Source: Candidatus Latescibacterota bacterium
GTDB lineage: Bacteria; Latescibacterota; CBDEFO01
Length of the DNA stretch: 64,000 nucleotides
NCBI GenBank assembly: GCA_965237525.1
Contig: CBDEFO010000008.1
Location: 1,920,001 to 1,984,000, forward strand
Reading direction: 5' to 3'
Both the position numbers and the translations under genes were made by a program. Below, in pieces: positions 41,963 to 53,241 of the stretch. The notes below the pieces were generated by a model. The model saw only the letters and a list, made by a program, of their open reading frames with translations, had not been told where the DNA came from and did no database searches. Positions within the stretch are counted from its first letter, which is position 1; each line of letters starts with the position of its first letter.

Positions 41963-42772
41963 GTGATGAAATCCTTGATCTGCAGCCAAAACAACGCCAA
42001 ATCGCTTCTTTCCCTTGTTGTCCTCTTTACTCTATTTTTCTTAATTGTATTTTCCGGGGTCTCAAGTTATGCATCCTCAGCCGCAACGGCTCTTTACAAC
42101 GAGGCTAACAGACTCTACAGAGATGGGCAGTACCTGGAGGCGGCAGAACAGTACGAGGCAATACTAAAGACGGGGATACAAAATGGGGATGTCTATTATA
42201 ACCTGGGAAACGCCTACTTTAAAAGTGGACAGATCGGAAGGGCTATTCTCTGGTACGAACGGGCCTTGAGGCTACGCCCCCGCGATGAGGATGTAAAATG
42301 GAACCTGAAATTTGCAAACCTGCTAAAGGTGGATAAAGACCTTCCACCGGGCCAAAACATAGTGACAAGGTTCATTCTCGGGGTTCACAATCTCCTGACA
42401 GTAGACGAGCAGACGATTCTTTGCAGCGCTCTTTTCTATTCTATAACAGCCGCCTTTGTTGCTCTTTTGTTCGCAGGCACCAGAGTTCGAACCGCGCTGA
42501 TAACGCTTCTTATCTGCTTCGGCGTCCTGTGGCTGGTTGGGGGAGTCTCCACGGCCGCCAAAATATATCGCAACGAGTCTGAAGAGGAGGCTGTGGTAAT
42601 TTCCCCTGATGCAGACGCTTTCAGCGGTCCGGGAGAGGATAACACGAAGATATTTACGCTCCACGAGGGTACTAAAGTCACGATAGAGCGCCGAAGCCTG
42701 GAGTGGTTTCTCGTCCGTCTGTCCGACGACACTGGGGCGTGGATACAAAAAGAGGTAGTTGAGAAGATATAG
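41963..42772 (+). CDS. batE: BatE-like TPR + SH3 protein
   Basis: YYNLGNAYFK.G..G.AIL.YERA; C-terminal SGPG..FTLHEGTKV...GAWI. Confidence 0.86.
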   Translation: MMKSLICSQNNAKSLLSLVVLFTLFFLIVFSGVSSYASSAATALYNEANRLYRDGQYLEAAEQYEAILKTGIQNGDVYYNLGNAYFKSGQIGRAILWYERALRLRPRDEDVKWNLKFANLLKVDKDLPPGQNIVTRFILGVHNLLTVDEQTILCSALFYSITAAFVALLFAGTRVRTALITLLICFGVLWLVGGVSTAAKIYRNESEEEAVVISPDADAFSGPGEDNTKIFTLHEGTKVTIERRSLEWFLVRLSDDTGAWIQKEVVEKI

Positions 42773-43092
42773 ACAAGGTCGTGTAGAGTTTACTGAGAAT
42801 CACACTCTACCGAGTGAATTCTTTATATAGATCTTTGTCATTTCTCAAGCAGATAGAATGCAGTTGGAACGCTGCCTTTGGATAGACTGTCTTTATCTAT
42901 CTTTCTTTTTGTGTCTGTCTAGTCTCAGTCTCTTTTTCCTTTTATGCGTCGCTATTTTCTTGCGTTTCTTCTTTTTACCGCAGGGCAAAGACTCGCACCT
43001 CCTTTCGATAGCCAGAATGTAGGGCTGTCCCCAATACAAAAAACGATAGACGAAATCGGGGACCTGTCTTTAACATTGTCAAAGTTTTGAGG

Positions 43093-43377
43093 CTACACCT
43101 GTGTTGTTAATAACCTGTTTTTCAACTTCTTGGACGGTTTGAAGACAGGCACGTATCTTTCCGGGATTTTGACCTCTTCTCCAGTCCTGGGATTTCGTCC
43201 TGTCCTCTGCGCTCTCTTGACTACCTTGAACGTTCCGAATCCCCTGAGTTCGATAGTTTTATTTTGAGATATCGCTTCAACAACAGAGTTCAAGAATCCA
43301 TCTACAATGACCCCTGTGTCGATCTTCGTTATTCCGGTAGCCGATGCCACCCTGTCCACAATATCCGCCTTGGTCAC
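43093..43377 (-). CDS. HU/IHF-family DNA-binding protein
   Basis: TKADIV, IELRGFGTF, GRNPRTGE, FKPSK. Confidence 0.93.
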   Translation of the reverse strand: MTKADIVDRVASATGITKIDTGVIVDGFLNSVVEAISQNKTIELRGFGTFKVVKRAQRTGRNPRTGEEVKIPERYVPVFKPSKKLKNRLLTTQV

Positions 43378-43420
43378 GTCGGTCCCTCCTTTTTCGGGCA
43401 AGAGGTCTTTGGGGAGAAAG

Positions 43421-44317
43421 CTAAAGGAGCATATATTTAAGTGAGATGTGAGATCCTCTTTCTCCCAGAAAGATCCTATCCATAATTATGTCCATAATCA
43501 TGTCCAGCAGTTTCAATCCCCTTCGTTTTTCCACGACAGTCTTTGGGTCTTTCTCCAGGCCCGTCATCTGTGCCGCTATATCTATAGCGTCTTGATAGTT
43601 TCCCAAAACGTCCACGAATCCGTACTCCAGAGCCTGTCTGCCAGTAAATATTCGTCCGTCAGCCAATTTGATCACTTCTTCCTGGGTGAGTTTTCTTTGA
43701 GAAACTATAGCCTCTATGAACTGGTTATAGGTGTCATCTATGACGCCCTGTAGTAGTTCTCGCTCCTCCTTTGTGAGTTCTTTTGAAAATGCTCCCATGT
43801 CTTTGTACTTGCCGCTCTTTACAACGTCAAATTCCAGCCCGATCTTTTTGAGCAGCTCCTTTGCATTGGCAAGTTGAGCGATGACTCCTATGCTTCCCGT
43901 AATCGTTGCCGGGCTTGCGACTATGGTATCCGCCGCGGCAGCTATGTAATATCCGCCGGAGGCCGCCACGCTTCCCATAGATACGATGACCTTTTTGCCC
44001 TTTGACCTTACCTTGAGCATCGTCTCATATATTTCTTGAGACGGAACCACTGCTCCTCCGGGGCTGTCTATCCTTACGACTACGGCGGGCACAGAGTCGT
44101 CATCGCTGTATTTTTTCAGTTGCTTTATGACAGAACTGGAGCTGAAGATAGGCCCCTTTATCTCTATCAGGGCCACTTTCCTGGCCGAATCGCCGCTTAT
44201 AGAAAGACCGTCGCTCTCCATTCCTATAAGTCCTATTGCGATCAGGGCGATCAGAAAGACGAATAGGAGGCTCGATCCAATAATGATTCCTATTATCCAA
44301 TCCTGCTTCTTTGCCAC
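43421..44317 (-). CDS. sppA: Signal peptide peptidase SppA (S49)
   Basis: RIDSPGG, SMGSVAASGGYY, TGSIGV, KSGKYKD, ADGRIFTG. Confidence 0.94.
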   Translation of the reverse strand: MAKKQDWIIGIIIGSSLLFVFLIALIAIGLIGMESDGLSISGDSARKVALIEIKGPIFSSSSVIKQLKKYSDDDSVPAVVVRIDSPGGAVVPSQEIYETMLKVRSKGKKVIVSMGSVAASGGYYIAAAADTIVASPATITGSIGVIAQLANAKELLKKIGLEFDVVKSGKYKDMGAFSKELTKEERELLQGVIDDTYNQFIEAIVSQRKLTQEEVIKLADGRIFTGRQALEYGFVDVLGNYQDAIDIAAQMTGLEKDPKTVVEKRRGLKLLDMIMDIIMDRIFLGERGSHISLKYMLL

Positions 44318-44818
44318 GTCTTATTCTCCTAACTTAACAGAACACTGCAAGATAAAGGACAATATAATAAATATAACGGAACTGGCCTATTTGTCAACAG
44401 ATTTACATTTAGCTGTCAGGGTAATGCACTTCTCAGTCTGGAGGTGAGGCTTGATTGAACGTCTGTTTAAGTGCTTTCTTCCTGTTTCGTGTTTCCCTAA
44501 CTCTTTATGTTATTAGGAGATAAAGCTTATTGACTTTCCTCTTGTTTCGTGTTATGTTATGGCATTCCCGCTTGTTCCAGTAGAAATTTAGTAGAAGTAT
44601 GGTAGAAAAGTCAAGGACAAAATTGCCCAGGGGTATTCAGTATTCCCAGAAGTGTTGGTTGGGTAGGAGCGAAGCAACGTATCAAGGCCAATCAGGGCTC
44701 GTTCACCTCCGGACTGAGAACTGTAAACTCTGTGGCAACTTCCAATCCTGTCGGGTAAAGGCACATGGTATCCACCCTTGGTAAAGATAGATAGAAGAGA
44801 GTCAAGGATCAAGACTGG

Positions 44819-45067
44819 CCCGATTAATTCATAAACTTGGTGGAGTCATTGCGAGGAGCAAAGCGGTCCCCGATTGAGTCTATCGGGGAAGCAATCTCAA
44901 GGTTTTATAGTGGTCTCCTATGAGAGCCCGAGAGTATTACATCTACCACATAATCGAGATTGCTTCGCCTTCGGCTCGCAAGGACACCGAAGGTGGTTAA
45001 ACGTCATAACTATAATATAATACAATCCCTTAATTAATACACGGCCTTTTTTTGTGAATTATTCGGG
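44819..45067 (-). mobile_element. 249-bp MITE-like element, copy A
   Basis: Terminal IRs CCCGATTAATTCATAAA/TTTGTGAATTATTCGGG; inverted copy at 57709-57957. Confidence 0.78.
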
Positions 45068-45193
45068 CTTAGCTTGAAACTTTGTTGCACTAATTGAGGC
45101 CATAATCAAAAGCTATCCTTAGCCTGCGGTTGAGGAAGCGATACAGATGTAGCTGGGCTTTAGGTTTGATCAACTAATAAAAGGAGGCAGGCG

Positions 45194-47926
45194 GTGAGAG
45201 ATCTTAGAACTATACATTGTGCTTGCGAAGCTGTTCTTATGATGAGTTTGGTACTTTTCCTATTTCCTGTTCGTGTGCAGGCTCAGGTTCGTATGGAGCG
45301 TCAGGGATATTCGATCGTGGGCGGCAACAAGGTCATCATAGATTCGAAAGAGCAATGGTCTTTCTGGAAGGCTGCTGCAAAGACGATCCAGGTCACCGAT
45401 GAGGGGGTAAGACCTGGGTTCATGCGCAAGAGCACAGAAATAGAGATAGATGGCCAGATGGTGAGGGTTCCCGGCATAGACGTTGTCCCAAATGCATTTG
45501 AGTTTGGAGGAGGCATAAAGGCGGCAGGTTCAAACGCTTCAATCGCCGCCGACCTTATGGATGGTGATCTGGACACCTACTGGGAACCGGATATGGATGA
45601 TCCTATAGAGAATTGGTGGGTGCAGATAGATCTGGGGCAGCTTATATCTGTCACCAAGATCGTTCTCAGGTTCGTGGGGGAGGATCTTGGAGATCCATTT
45701 TTGCAGTTTAAGGTCCTAACGGCTCAAGGGGAGCCGTTCCCTGGTCGGCCTGACCTGTTTATATTCAGAAAGGTCTTGAGTACGGACCAGCCTAACCTGG
45801 ATGAGAGGGTCTTTGAGGTGGATATGACTCTTCTGAAGCCCACTGATTTTCCAGATGTACTCGGGGATTTCACTGGTGATGTTATCAGATATGTGAATGT
45901 GGTTATAACAGACAGCAGATACGGTAAGGGGCTGCGGGTCACCGAATCTGGATTTGAGAGTCTGGAGCCTGACGAACGTGGAGAGATAGAATACTTCAGA
46001 CGAGAGTCAACAGGCAGGTTGAGGTTGGTGGAAGGCTTACGGCAATGGGAGGCTATAGAGGATGAGAGCAAACGAGGACCGGTAGTCCACCACCGTCGGG
46101 AGTTGCCGAGGTTGGCGGAGGTTGAGGTGTGGTCAATTGGCGACAACATCGCTTTGGGCATATTAGATCGCGGCGGCACTTTAGAGAGCACTGAAGCCCC
46201 AAACGAACCGCTCTTGGTTGATGGTAATATCAAACCGGCGTACAACATTTCGAATCAATATAAGAACGACCCAACGCCGGATTTTCTGCAAACTGAGCGC
46301 GGGTTAGTTATAGATCTTGGAGGTGCCTTCTTTTTAGATAACGTTCGGATGATTACGGATTTAGGGGGGACACACGGTCAGGGCACGCTTTATGACAATT
46401 ACGCAATGAGTCTGTCGGACGGTTCCAGGACTCTTGACGGGAGCTTAGCCTGGAAGCTTGTGGTGGATATGGTTTCCGGAAGCCAGCTTGGTCAAACAAA
46501 ATATCACGACCACAAATTCAAGGCTTCCAAAGCTAAATTCTTCTCCCTTACCTGGACTCTGCTTGGGGTAAAGGGAGGGGGAGGACGTGCCGCAATAAAG
46601 GAGATTCAATTATTCGGAGAGGGCTATTTGCCGGAGGCCCAGATTGTATCTATCTTTGAAGGGAGATCCCCCTTCATTGAGCTGCCAGGGATAAGGAATC
46701 TGACGTCGTTACAGTGGGATGCAGATACGCCGGAAGGCACAGATGTGCTTATTCAGACAAAGACAGGTGATACGGTCAAGAAGGTAAAATACTACTTCAC
46801 GAGGGCAGGCAAAGAATTGCACCCGGGGAACGAGAAAGAAGCAGAAAAAGCATATAACAAGTGCTGTCTTAAAGGGTTTTTTGAGGGGAGTATAGTGGAG
46901 GAGACAGTCCCAGGAAGTGGTTGGAGTGGCTGGAGTGAGACCTATGTGCGTTCGGGGGACAGGTTCAGATCTCCCAGTCCCAGAAAATACATTATGATCC
47001 GAGCTACCTTTCTGACGGACGATCCTTTTCGATTTGCTACTTTGCGTTCAGTGAGGCTTAATTTCTTGGCAGGTGACCCTGTTGCCACATCTGTGATTGG
47101 AGAGGTAACACCTTCCCGTCTGGATTCGATAGGCATTAAGCAGGAACTGTCCTTTTTCATCCGCCCCACGTTTGATTTTAGGAGCAAAGGGTTGGATGAG
47201 ATCCTTATCGAGGCGCCTTCTGGAGTCAGGATGAACTTTAAGCAGGTCAATAAGTGGGAGGATGAAAGCATTGAAGACATGATCATAGATGGCCATCTGA
47301 GGGAACCTGATGAAAGTTATACAGATAAAAGCGAAGGTTTTCAGGTTTTATCCAGACCTGATTCCGATTCACTGTGGGTTCGGCTGCCGGGTCGTATAAA
47401 GACGACTACGGGTAATGTTCTAATCGAGGTCAAGTTTGAAGCGCAGTTATTTGGATTCAGCACATTTTTTGATGGTTCTATAGGCAATTCATCCGTAGAG
47501 GGTTCCTGGCAGAGGACGGACGATGGTGATGCTAATGGCGTTACAGACAGCGAAAAGACAGTAGTATTAGCCCTTGAGGGGAATAGGATATTAGATGCTA
47601 TTGAGGTAGATCCTAAGATAATTACACCCAATGGAGACGGGATTAACGATAAGACGTCGATAAGCTTTTTACTGTTGCGTGTGGGGTTATCAACTCCTGT
47701 GCAGGTGCAGATATACGATCTTAGCGGCAATATAGTTGTTGAGTTGCTGAATGACTCTCTTTCTTCGGGGGCATATAAAGAAGACGATGCAGTGATCTGG
47801 GATGGCACCGATAGTTCAGGAGGGTTAGTTACTCCTGGTATATATGTTATAAGGATTAATGTTGATACCGATTCAGATTCTGCTGAAGATAGTTCAGTCA
47901 GCCGGTTAGTGCAGGTTGCATATTGA
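45194..47926 (+). CDS. Large secreted protein with discoidin-like modules and a C-terminal FlgD-Ig domain
   Basis: Signal peptide; DGDLDTYW..WVQIDLG; ITPNGDGIND, IYDLSG, WDG.D..G.LV.PGIY. Confidence 0.8.
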   Translation: MRDLRTIHCACEAVLMMSLVLFLFPVRVQAQVRMERQGYSIVGGNKVIIDSKEQWSFWKAAAKTIQVTDEGVRPGFMRKSTEIEIDGQMVRVPGIDVVPNAFEFGGGIKAAGSNASIAADLMDGDLDTYWEPDMDDPIENWWVQIDLGQLISVTKIVLRFVGEDLGDPFLQFKVLTAQGEPFPGRPDLFIFRKVLSTDQPNLDERVFEVDMTLLKPTDFPDVLGDFTGDVIRYVNVVITDSRYGKGLRVTESGFESLEPDERGEIEYFRRESTGRLRLVEGLRQWEAIEDESKRGPVVHHRRELPRLAEVEVWSIGDNIALGILDRGGTLESTEAPNEPLLVDGNIKPAYNISNQYKNDPTPDFLQTERGLVIDLGGAFFLDNVRMITDLGGTHGQGTLYDNYAMSLSDGSRTLDGSLAWKLVVDMVSGSQLGQTKYHDHKFKASKAKFFSLTWTLLGVKGGGGRAAIKEIQLFGEGYLPEAQIVSIFEGRSPFIELPGIRNLTSLQWDADTPEGTDVLIQTKTGDTVKKVKYYFTRAGKELHPGNEKEAEKAYNKCCLKGFFEGSIVEETVPGSGWSGWSETYVRSGDRFRSPSPRKYIMIRATFLTDDPFRFATLRSVRLNFLAGDPVATSVIGEVTPSRLDSIGIKQELSFFIRPTFDFRSKGLDEILIEAPSGVRMNFKQVNKWEDESIEDMIIDGHLREPDESYTDKSEGFQVLSRPDSDSLWVRLPGRIKTTTGNVLIEVKFEAQLFGFSTFFDGSIGNSSVEGSWQRTDDGDANGVTDSEKTVVLALEGNRILDAIEVDPKIITPNGDGINDKTSISFLLLRVGLSTPVQVQIYDLSGNIVVELLNDSLSSGAYKEDDAVIWDGTDSSGGLVTPGIYVIRINVDTDSDSAEDSSVSRLVQVAY

Positions 47927-48205
47927 GCAAGCAGCCCACGATAGATTCAATCGGGCAGTCGGGGTGTGGGCATCTCGTGCACAGCTGCCACCCCTTTTTG
48001 CTGGGGGACGAAGTGCCAGCAAACCGCGAAGTGGGCGAAGCAATCTGACTTAGGTTGCCTCTCCCTGTGTGTTGGCTGCTATTTAGGATCCCTACAAACT
48101 TGTGCATACTATTTTGACGCGATACTGGGCTTTTACTTGAAGGGAGGGAACCCTAGTGTCAAACTCCGTTAATCACGGGAAGTCAGACCATTAATCTCCA
48201 ATGGG

Positions 48206-49473
48206 GTGATAAAAATGTCTTGGTGTGCAAGAATGGGTAGTATTTTATGTAGGCTGGCAGGGTTGATTCTGCTTGCTTTGGTGGTCACCAGTATCTTTTC
48301 AGATGAAGCCACCTGTGCGACTATCTACAGGATCGGAAGGCCGTTTTCACCAGTAGAGAAAGACAGTCTCCAGGGGATAGGGATTAAGCTCAAGGAGATC
48401 AGCTGGTTGAACAAAGATGCATCTGAGATCAGGGAGAACATCGATGAGGACTCTCTGAAAGCGGCGGATGCAGGCTCAATTCAACCCAAGTTTATCAGGG
48501 AGGGTGAGAGCATAGCCGCAACGGCTCTGGACAGAGGTGGATGGATAGCCGAAGGTACCCCCAAGCTTATGAGAGGCTAGGCCACCATGAGGGATATGGA
48601 ATCGAAGGCAACATTGGGAATAACATGATAGATGGGGATCCGACCACGGCTTTTGTGTGGCCTTGGCCGGCGCCCGCGGGGGAGCAAAGAGGCGGCGCAA
48701 GATGTCATCATGCACCTCACCGGATAGTTATTAACTTAGGCGGAATATTTGTCGTCAATAAAGTAAGATTCTACACTCGTGAAGGAACATCCCCAGAGGG
48801 TGAGGAATATGAGACTCACTTCATACAGGACTACGAATTGGGTACCAGCCTTGGCCGCCCGCAGGATTTCATCGAGACCCACTATTGTCGAGGAACGGGT
48901 TACATCCCGAGTTTCCGACAGTTTGCCAAGTACACTCACCCAGGCAGTAGAGGTCAATCTGGATTTCCATCTGGCGCCAGTGCACGTCATGAGCGCGTTG
49001 AAAATCTATTTCCTGAAGTTATAATACCGCTTGATCCTCCGGAGAAAATCTCTTATGTCGCGCTGTTCATCTATACCCCAAATTTGAAGACGATAGAGAT
49101 CGCCGAGTTTGAGGTCTTGGGACAGGGCTTTGTAGAAGAAGCCTCTTATATAGCTGACATAATTGAGTTGGACGACATCGCCAGTTTCGGCGAGATCACC
49201 TGGTCGGGGAGTCGTGATCCCAAGGCCGAGGCTAGGATCCGAACCAGGAGTGGGACAGATCGTCATCCGGACGTCTACTGGAGAATCAGCCCTGAGCAGC
49301 AAACGTCGGTAGTTTTGCCTCCCGAAAAGGGGGGAAAAGACCTGAGCCCAGAGGAGCACAAAAGTGAGTACGACAAACTCCCTAAAAGTTTTAGGGGTCC
49401 AGTGACTTACGATTCGGAAAACTGGAGCTTCTGGTCTGCACCTTACAAGTTTGAAAGTCCGGGAGTGACGATC
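48206..49473 (+). pseudogene. Paralogue of the preceding family, frameshifted (about 48560) and truncated
   Basis: MIDGDPTTAF, EIAEFEV.GQGF, RTRSG, WSFWSAPY, then an abrupt switch to unrelated sequence. Confidence 0.72.
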
Positions 49474-49753
49474 GGAAGTGGTGTTTGGTGGAAACAGAAG
49501 ATGGTCACAAGGGTTGGTTTGCTGTTGAATCCAACTGGCGGATTGTCGGCACAGGAAAAGAGGCAGATGAGATATTTGACGGTCTATGTCACGCAGATTA
49601 GCTGGATGCTTACTGTTGCCTGACACCGCGTGCAACGGACGCGAGCGGCTAGCGGTTTTTGAATGTTTTGGAGTCAACCAAGAATAGGACTTGCTGCTGC
49701 TCGGCCTATAGTGTAGATAACGTTCTGTTGATCCGAAAAAGGAGAAGGAAATC

Positions 49754-51646
49754 ATGAAGACATTAATCAGAGGTTTCTGTGCACTCAGCATTCTAATTGC
49801 TGCGTCGGCTGTTGTTTCAGCTCACCAGCCATCTGGTGGCATCTTTCCGGTTTTTCAGTTTCCCGAAAACGCCTTGCCGCGGATAGACGGCGATTTAAGC
49901 GATTGGGATATGGTCCCAGAGAAGTTCTGGATAACTCTGGACAATAATTTCGGAAAGAGCGAGGTAATGCCGTCAGGAGCGTATACTTATCATCCTATCT
50001 GGAGAGATTTCGATCTTGCCGATTTGAACGTAAAGTGCATCGTAGGCTGGAATGAGAAGACAAACCGTATCTACGTTATGGCTGAAGTAGTGGACGACTA
50101 TCTCCACAATTCACGTGAAAACCCCTCACGTTATGACTGGGACGACGACATCAATTTGGTAATCGATGCCGACCACAGCGGGGGAAAGCTCTTCAAGAAA
50201 AGATGGGAATACTTACCTCGAGAAGAGCAAGAGCAGTTGTTCTATACGACTGGCCAGCTTTACACTATGCTGGTACCGCCTATAGACGGCTATTACAGCT
50301 TTATGTACTTTCTGGACGGCGGCACCTTCTGGTGGTTGACGGATGGGACACGTGACCTTGCTCCTGATTATCTAAAGACAGGCTGGACACGCACAGGCGA
50401 AACAGGAGGACCTGGTACTTATACTTATGAGTATATGGTAACCCCCTGGGAGTTGCTGAGTCCTGACGGTCCTGATTCGAGCACAATAGTGGATCTAGAG
50501 GAAGGGAAGATCATACACCTCGGGTTTCTGTTCAAGGATTACGATACCTTTGAGAGCTACGAGGGGTCGTATGATTTTCCTCCCATGCACGAAGTCTGGC
50601 GCAACGCTGACCTTGCTGCCGACTTCGTGCTGTTACCAATTGGCGGCGATCTGCGTACTATCGCGGGCACGGTTACCAACTTGAGGCACTATAGAAAGGG
50701 GGTCCCGCTTCTAAAGGACCTGCCCGGGTGGTTCTTCGGACTTCGGTACCTTTTCGGAGTCAGCAGAAAAGATTTAGAACCCTATGGGGGATTGGTCATC
50801 GAGGCCTACCGAGGCGATCAGCCGGCGGGGAGTGCCCATACGGACGCAGAAGGACAGTACAATTTGATGGTGATGCCCGGGGAATACACCTTGGGGGTGC
50901 CTGGGGGACAGGGTGTGGAGGCTCCCCAGGTGGCAGGACTCACTGTGCGTGCGGGGCAGGAGACTAATGCCGATTTTGAAGTGACTCCGATCGAGCTGCC
51001 TAAGGTGCTGGAGCCATCTATAGCCGGGTACCAACTTAAGTGGTACAATGAACCGCTTATGAAGACCGAGCTAAGTATTATTCACATGAGCTTGGGAGTG
51101 GACGTCAAGCGCTATTCCTACGAAATACCCGACTTTCACTACATCTGCTATTCATATGAGCGCTACATAGAGGGCCAGAAGCAGCAGAGATTGGGGCGTG
51201 ATGGCGAACTCATAGACTGGACATCTGGAGGAATATCGGGTGCGTCAGGGGGTAAGAACATCATATCGCTTATCTTCCGCAGAACAGACGAAATGCTTCA
51301 TATATGGCACGCGACAAAGGGCGGCGGTGGAACTCTGGGTCGAGTTAACATCGAGGGCTATTACCCGAGAGGAGATGTAAGATATGGAGAGTCTCTGGCT
51401 GTGGGCAAAAGGTCGCTTGTTCATGTATGGGTTGCTGATAGCGCCGGAAATATTGAACGCTACTTGGAAAGAGGCCGACTTTCACCCCAGCGGACTGTGG
51501 AGGAGATCGCCTCCGAATATGGTCTTGTGGTAGCTATATACGCCGAACTTGAATGCAAAGAAGCGGAGTGGATAAAGCGTAAAGTGGAAAAAGTCACAGA
51601 GCAGAGAAAGCGCCAGAAGAAGGGCAAAACAAAAAACCCTGAATGA
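49754..51646 (+). CDS. Secreted, probably chimeric protein (CBM9/DOMON-like + carboxypeptidase-regulatory-like + unknown)
   Basis: Signal peptide; PRIDGDLSDW; TDAEGQYNL...PGEYTL...V.AGQET..DF. Confidence 0.62.
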   Translation: MKTLIRGFCALSILIAASAVVSAHQPSGGIFPVFQFPENALPRIDGDLSDWDMVPEKFWITLDNNFGKSEVMPSGAYTYHPIWRDFDLADLNVKCIVGWNEKTNRIYVMAEVVDDYLHNSRENPSRYDWDDDINLVIDADHSGGKLFKKRWEYLPREEQEQLFYTTGQLYTMLVPPIDGYYSFMYFLDGGTFWWLTDGTRDLAPDYLKTGWTRTGETGGPGTYTYEYMVTPWELLSPDGPDSSTIVDLEEGKIIHLGFLFKDYDTFESYEGSYDFPPMHEVWRNADLAADFVLLPIGGDLRTIAGTVTNLRHYRKGVPLLKDLPGWFFGLRYLFGVSRKDLEPYGGLVIEAYRGDQPAGSAHTDAEGQYNLMVMPGEYTLGVPGGQGVEAPQVAGLTVRAGQETNADFEVTPIELPKVLEPSIAGYQLKWYNEPLMKTELSIIHMSLGVDVKRYSYEIPDFHYICYSYERYIEGQKQQRLGRDGELIDWTSGGISGASGGKNIISLIFRRTDEMLHIWHATKGGGGTLGRVNIEGYYPRGDVRYGESLAVGKRSLVHVWVADSAGNIERYLERGRLSPQRTVEEIASEYGLVVAIYAELECKEAEWIKRKVEKVTEQRKRQKKGKTKNPE

Positions 51647-51703
51647 AAGAGAACCTGAGCATCGGGTTCAATTGAGCTAATTTTATATTCCAAAGAGTAG
51701 ACA

Positions 51704-51985
51704 ATGAAAAATACAGTTGTTGTATATTTTCAGATATTGATTCTAAGTCTTCTCTCAACGACCCCTAGTCTTGGTAAAAGCATCTCTCTTCTTTCCGAGA
51801 CTCAGGTATCCATCACGGGCTCGTCGAGCGATACCTATTTCTACCAGACAGAAGTCGTGGGGAATATCGCCATCATCGGCACGCGCCGCGCCGGGACGAA
51901 TGGTGGCAGGATTCACGACAGAGATAGAAACTGCAGCCAGAAGACTATTACCAACAAGAAAATATCGATAGGGGGACTCTCATGA
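51704..51985 (+). pseudogene. Short signal-peptide ORF, probable 5' gene fragment
   Basis: Signal peptide followed by non-descript sequence. Confidence 0.35.
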
Positions 51986-53241
51986 GAATCACCGAAATCG
52001 AGCCTATTTCCCTGCATGTGCCCTACGAGGCACGCATTCGCAGGCAGTTTTACCATTTCAATATGAGTGAAGAGGTGACGGTCTACAAATTTCATACCGA
52101 TTCGGGCCTTATCGGCCTGGGGGAAAACATAGGAGCCCCTTACGGACAGGACCAGCTAAACGCCTATCTCGGCACGGATCCGTTCGATCATATATTGGGC
52201 CAGGGGTTTTTCAACCTCGACATGGCCTGCTATGATCTGATGGGCAAGCACCTGGACCTTCCGGCCTGGAAACTGATGGGCCAGCAGGTGCGGCAATGGG
52301 TGGTCATGGGATGGTGGATGCCATGTATGTCCCCTGAGGACAGCGCCGCCGAAGTTCAGGTGGCTGCAGAGCGCGGGTACCGCGGGCTCAAATGCAAGGC
52401 CAGGGCGTTCTACGATGTAGTCGAGCAATCTGAGGCGATTCAGGAGATTGCACCGCCTGACTTTCGTGTGGAGTACGATTTCAACGGTTCGTTAATGAAT
52501 GTGGAGAAGGCCCTGCCTATCCTGCGGAAATTGGAGAAGTTTCCGGTGGTCAAGGGCCTGGAAGAACCGATCTTCGCCCACGATGTCGAGGGTTGGCGCC
52601 GCCTCCACCGGGAGATACAGATCCCGTTCTACCTGCACGGTGTACATGTCGTTCTTGAGGGTCCTTCGCGCGCTCCTTCGGGACCCTGGATTGGACTCCG
52701 CGCGGGCGACTTCGAGGGCGCACTCTGCAGCCACGATTCGATCAAGGGCGCTCTTTCGGCTAGCTGGGTCTTTACTGCGGCGAACACCCCTATTCTGCTG
52801 CAGTATGTGGGCACCGGAATTACCACGGCATTTGCCTGCAATCTGGGAGCCGTAATGCCGATGGCCACCCTGCCGGCGGTGACGGCCAGTCACACCTATG
52901 AAGATGACCTGATCGTGGAGGCTCATACGGTCCAGCGGGGATTCATGAAGGTCCCTGGGGGACCGGGCCTGGGAGTGGAGTTAGATGAGGATGCGGTGAA
53001 GCGTTATTCGCAGACTTCCGCACCCGAATGGCCCCGGCATATCTCCGTCGTTACCCTGACCGGAGGGATAAAACACTACTACCGGAATTTGCAGCAGGCC
53101 GAAAATCTCATGAAGCTGGGGGTGGACGAATCCTACGCTCCAGGTGTCAGACTGGGCGAATGGGAGGATGACGGCAGCGATAAATTTGACAGTCTCTGGA
53201 AGCGCCTGCAAGAGAGCGATTGGCCAGTGTGGGAGGAGTAG
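51982..53241 (+). CDS. Mandelate racemase/muconate lactonizing enzyme family protein
   Basis: KCK, DFN, EEP, GPGLGVELDE; paralogue of 8931-10184. Confidence 0.88.
   Translation: MRITEIEPISLHVPYEARIRRQFYHFNMSEEVTVYKFHTDSGLIGLGENIGAPYGQDQLNAYLGTDPFDHILGQGFFNLDMACYDLMGKHLDLPAWKLMGQQVRQWVVMGWWMPCMSPEDSAAEVQVAAERGYRGLKCKARAFYDVVEQSEAIQEIAPPDFRVEYDFNGSLMNVEKALPILRKLEKFPVVKGLEEPIFAHDVEGWRRLHREIQIPFYLHGVHVVLEGPSRAPSGPWIGLRAGDFEGALCSHDSIKGALSASWVFTAANTPILLQYVGTGITTAFACNLGAVMPMATLPAVTASHTYEDDLIVEAHTVQRGFMKVPGGPGLGVELDEDAVKRYSQTSAPEWPRHISVVTLTGGIKHYYRNLQQAENLMKLGVDESYAPGVRLGEWEDDGSDKFDSLWKRLQESDWPVWEE

Noticed and set aside
44620..44790. 6S RNA or another structured RNA
   Set aside because: I could not build a convincing fold by eye.
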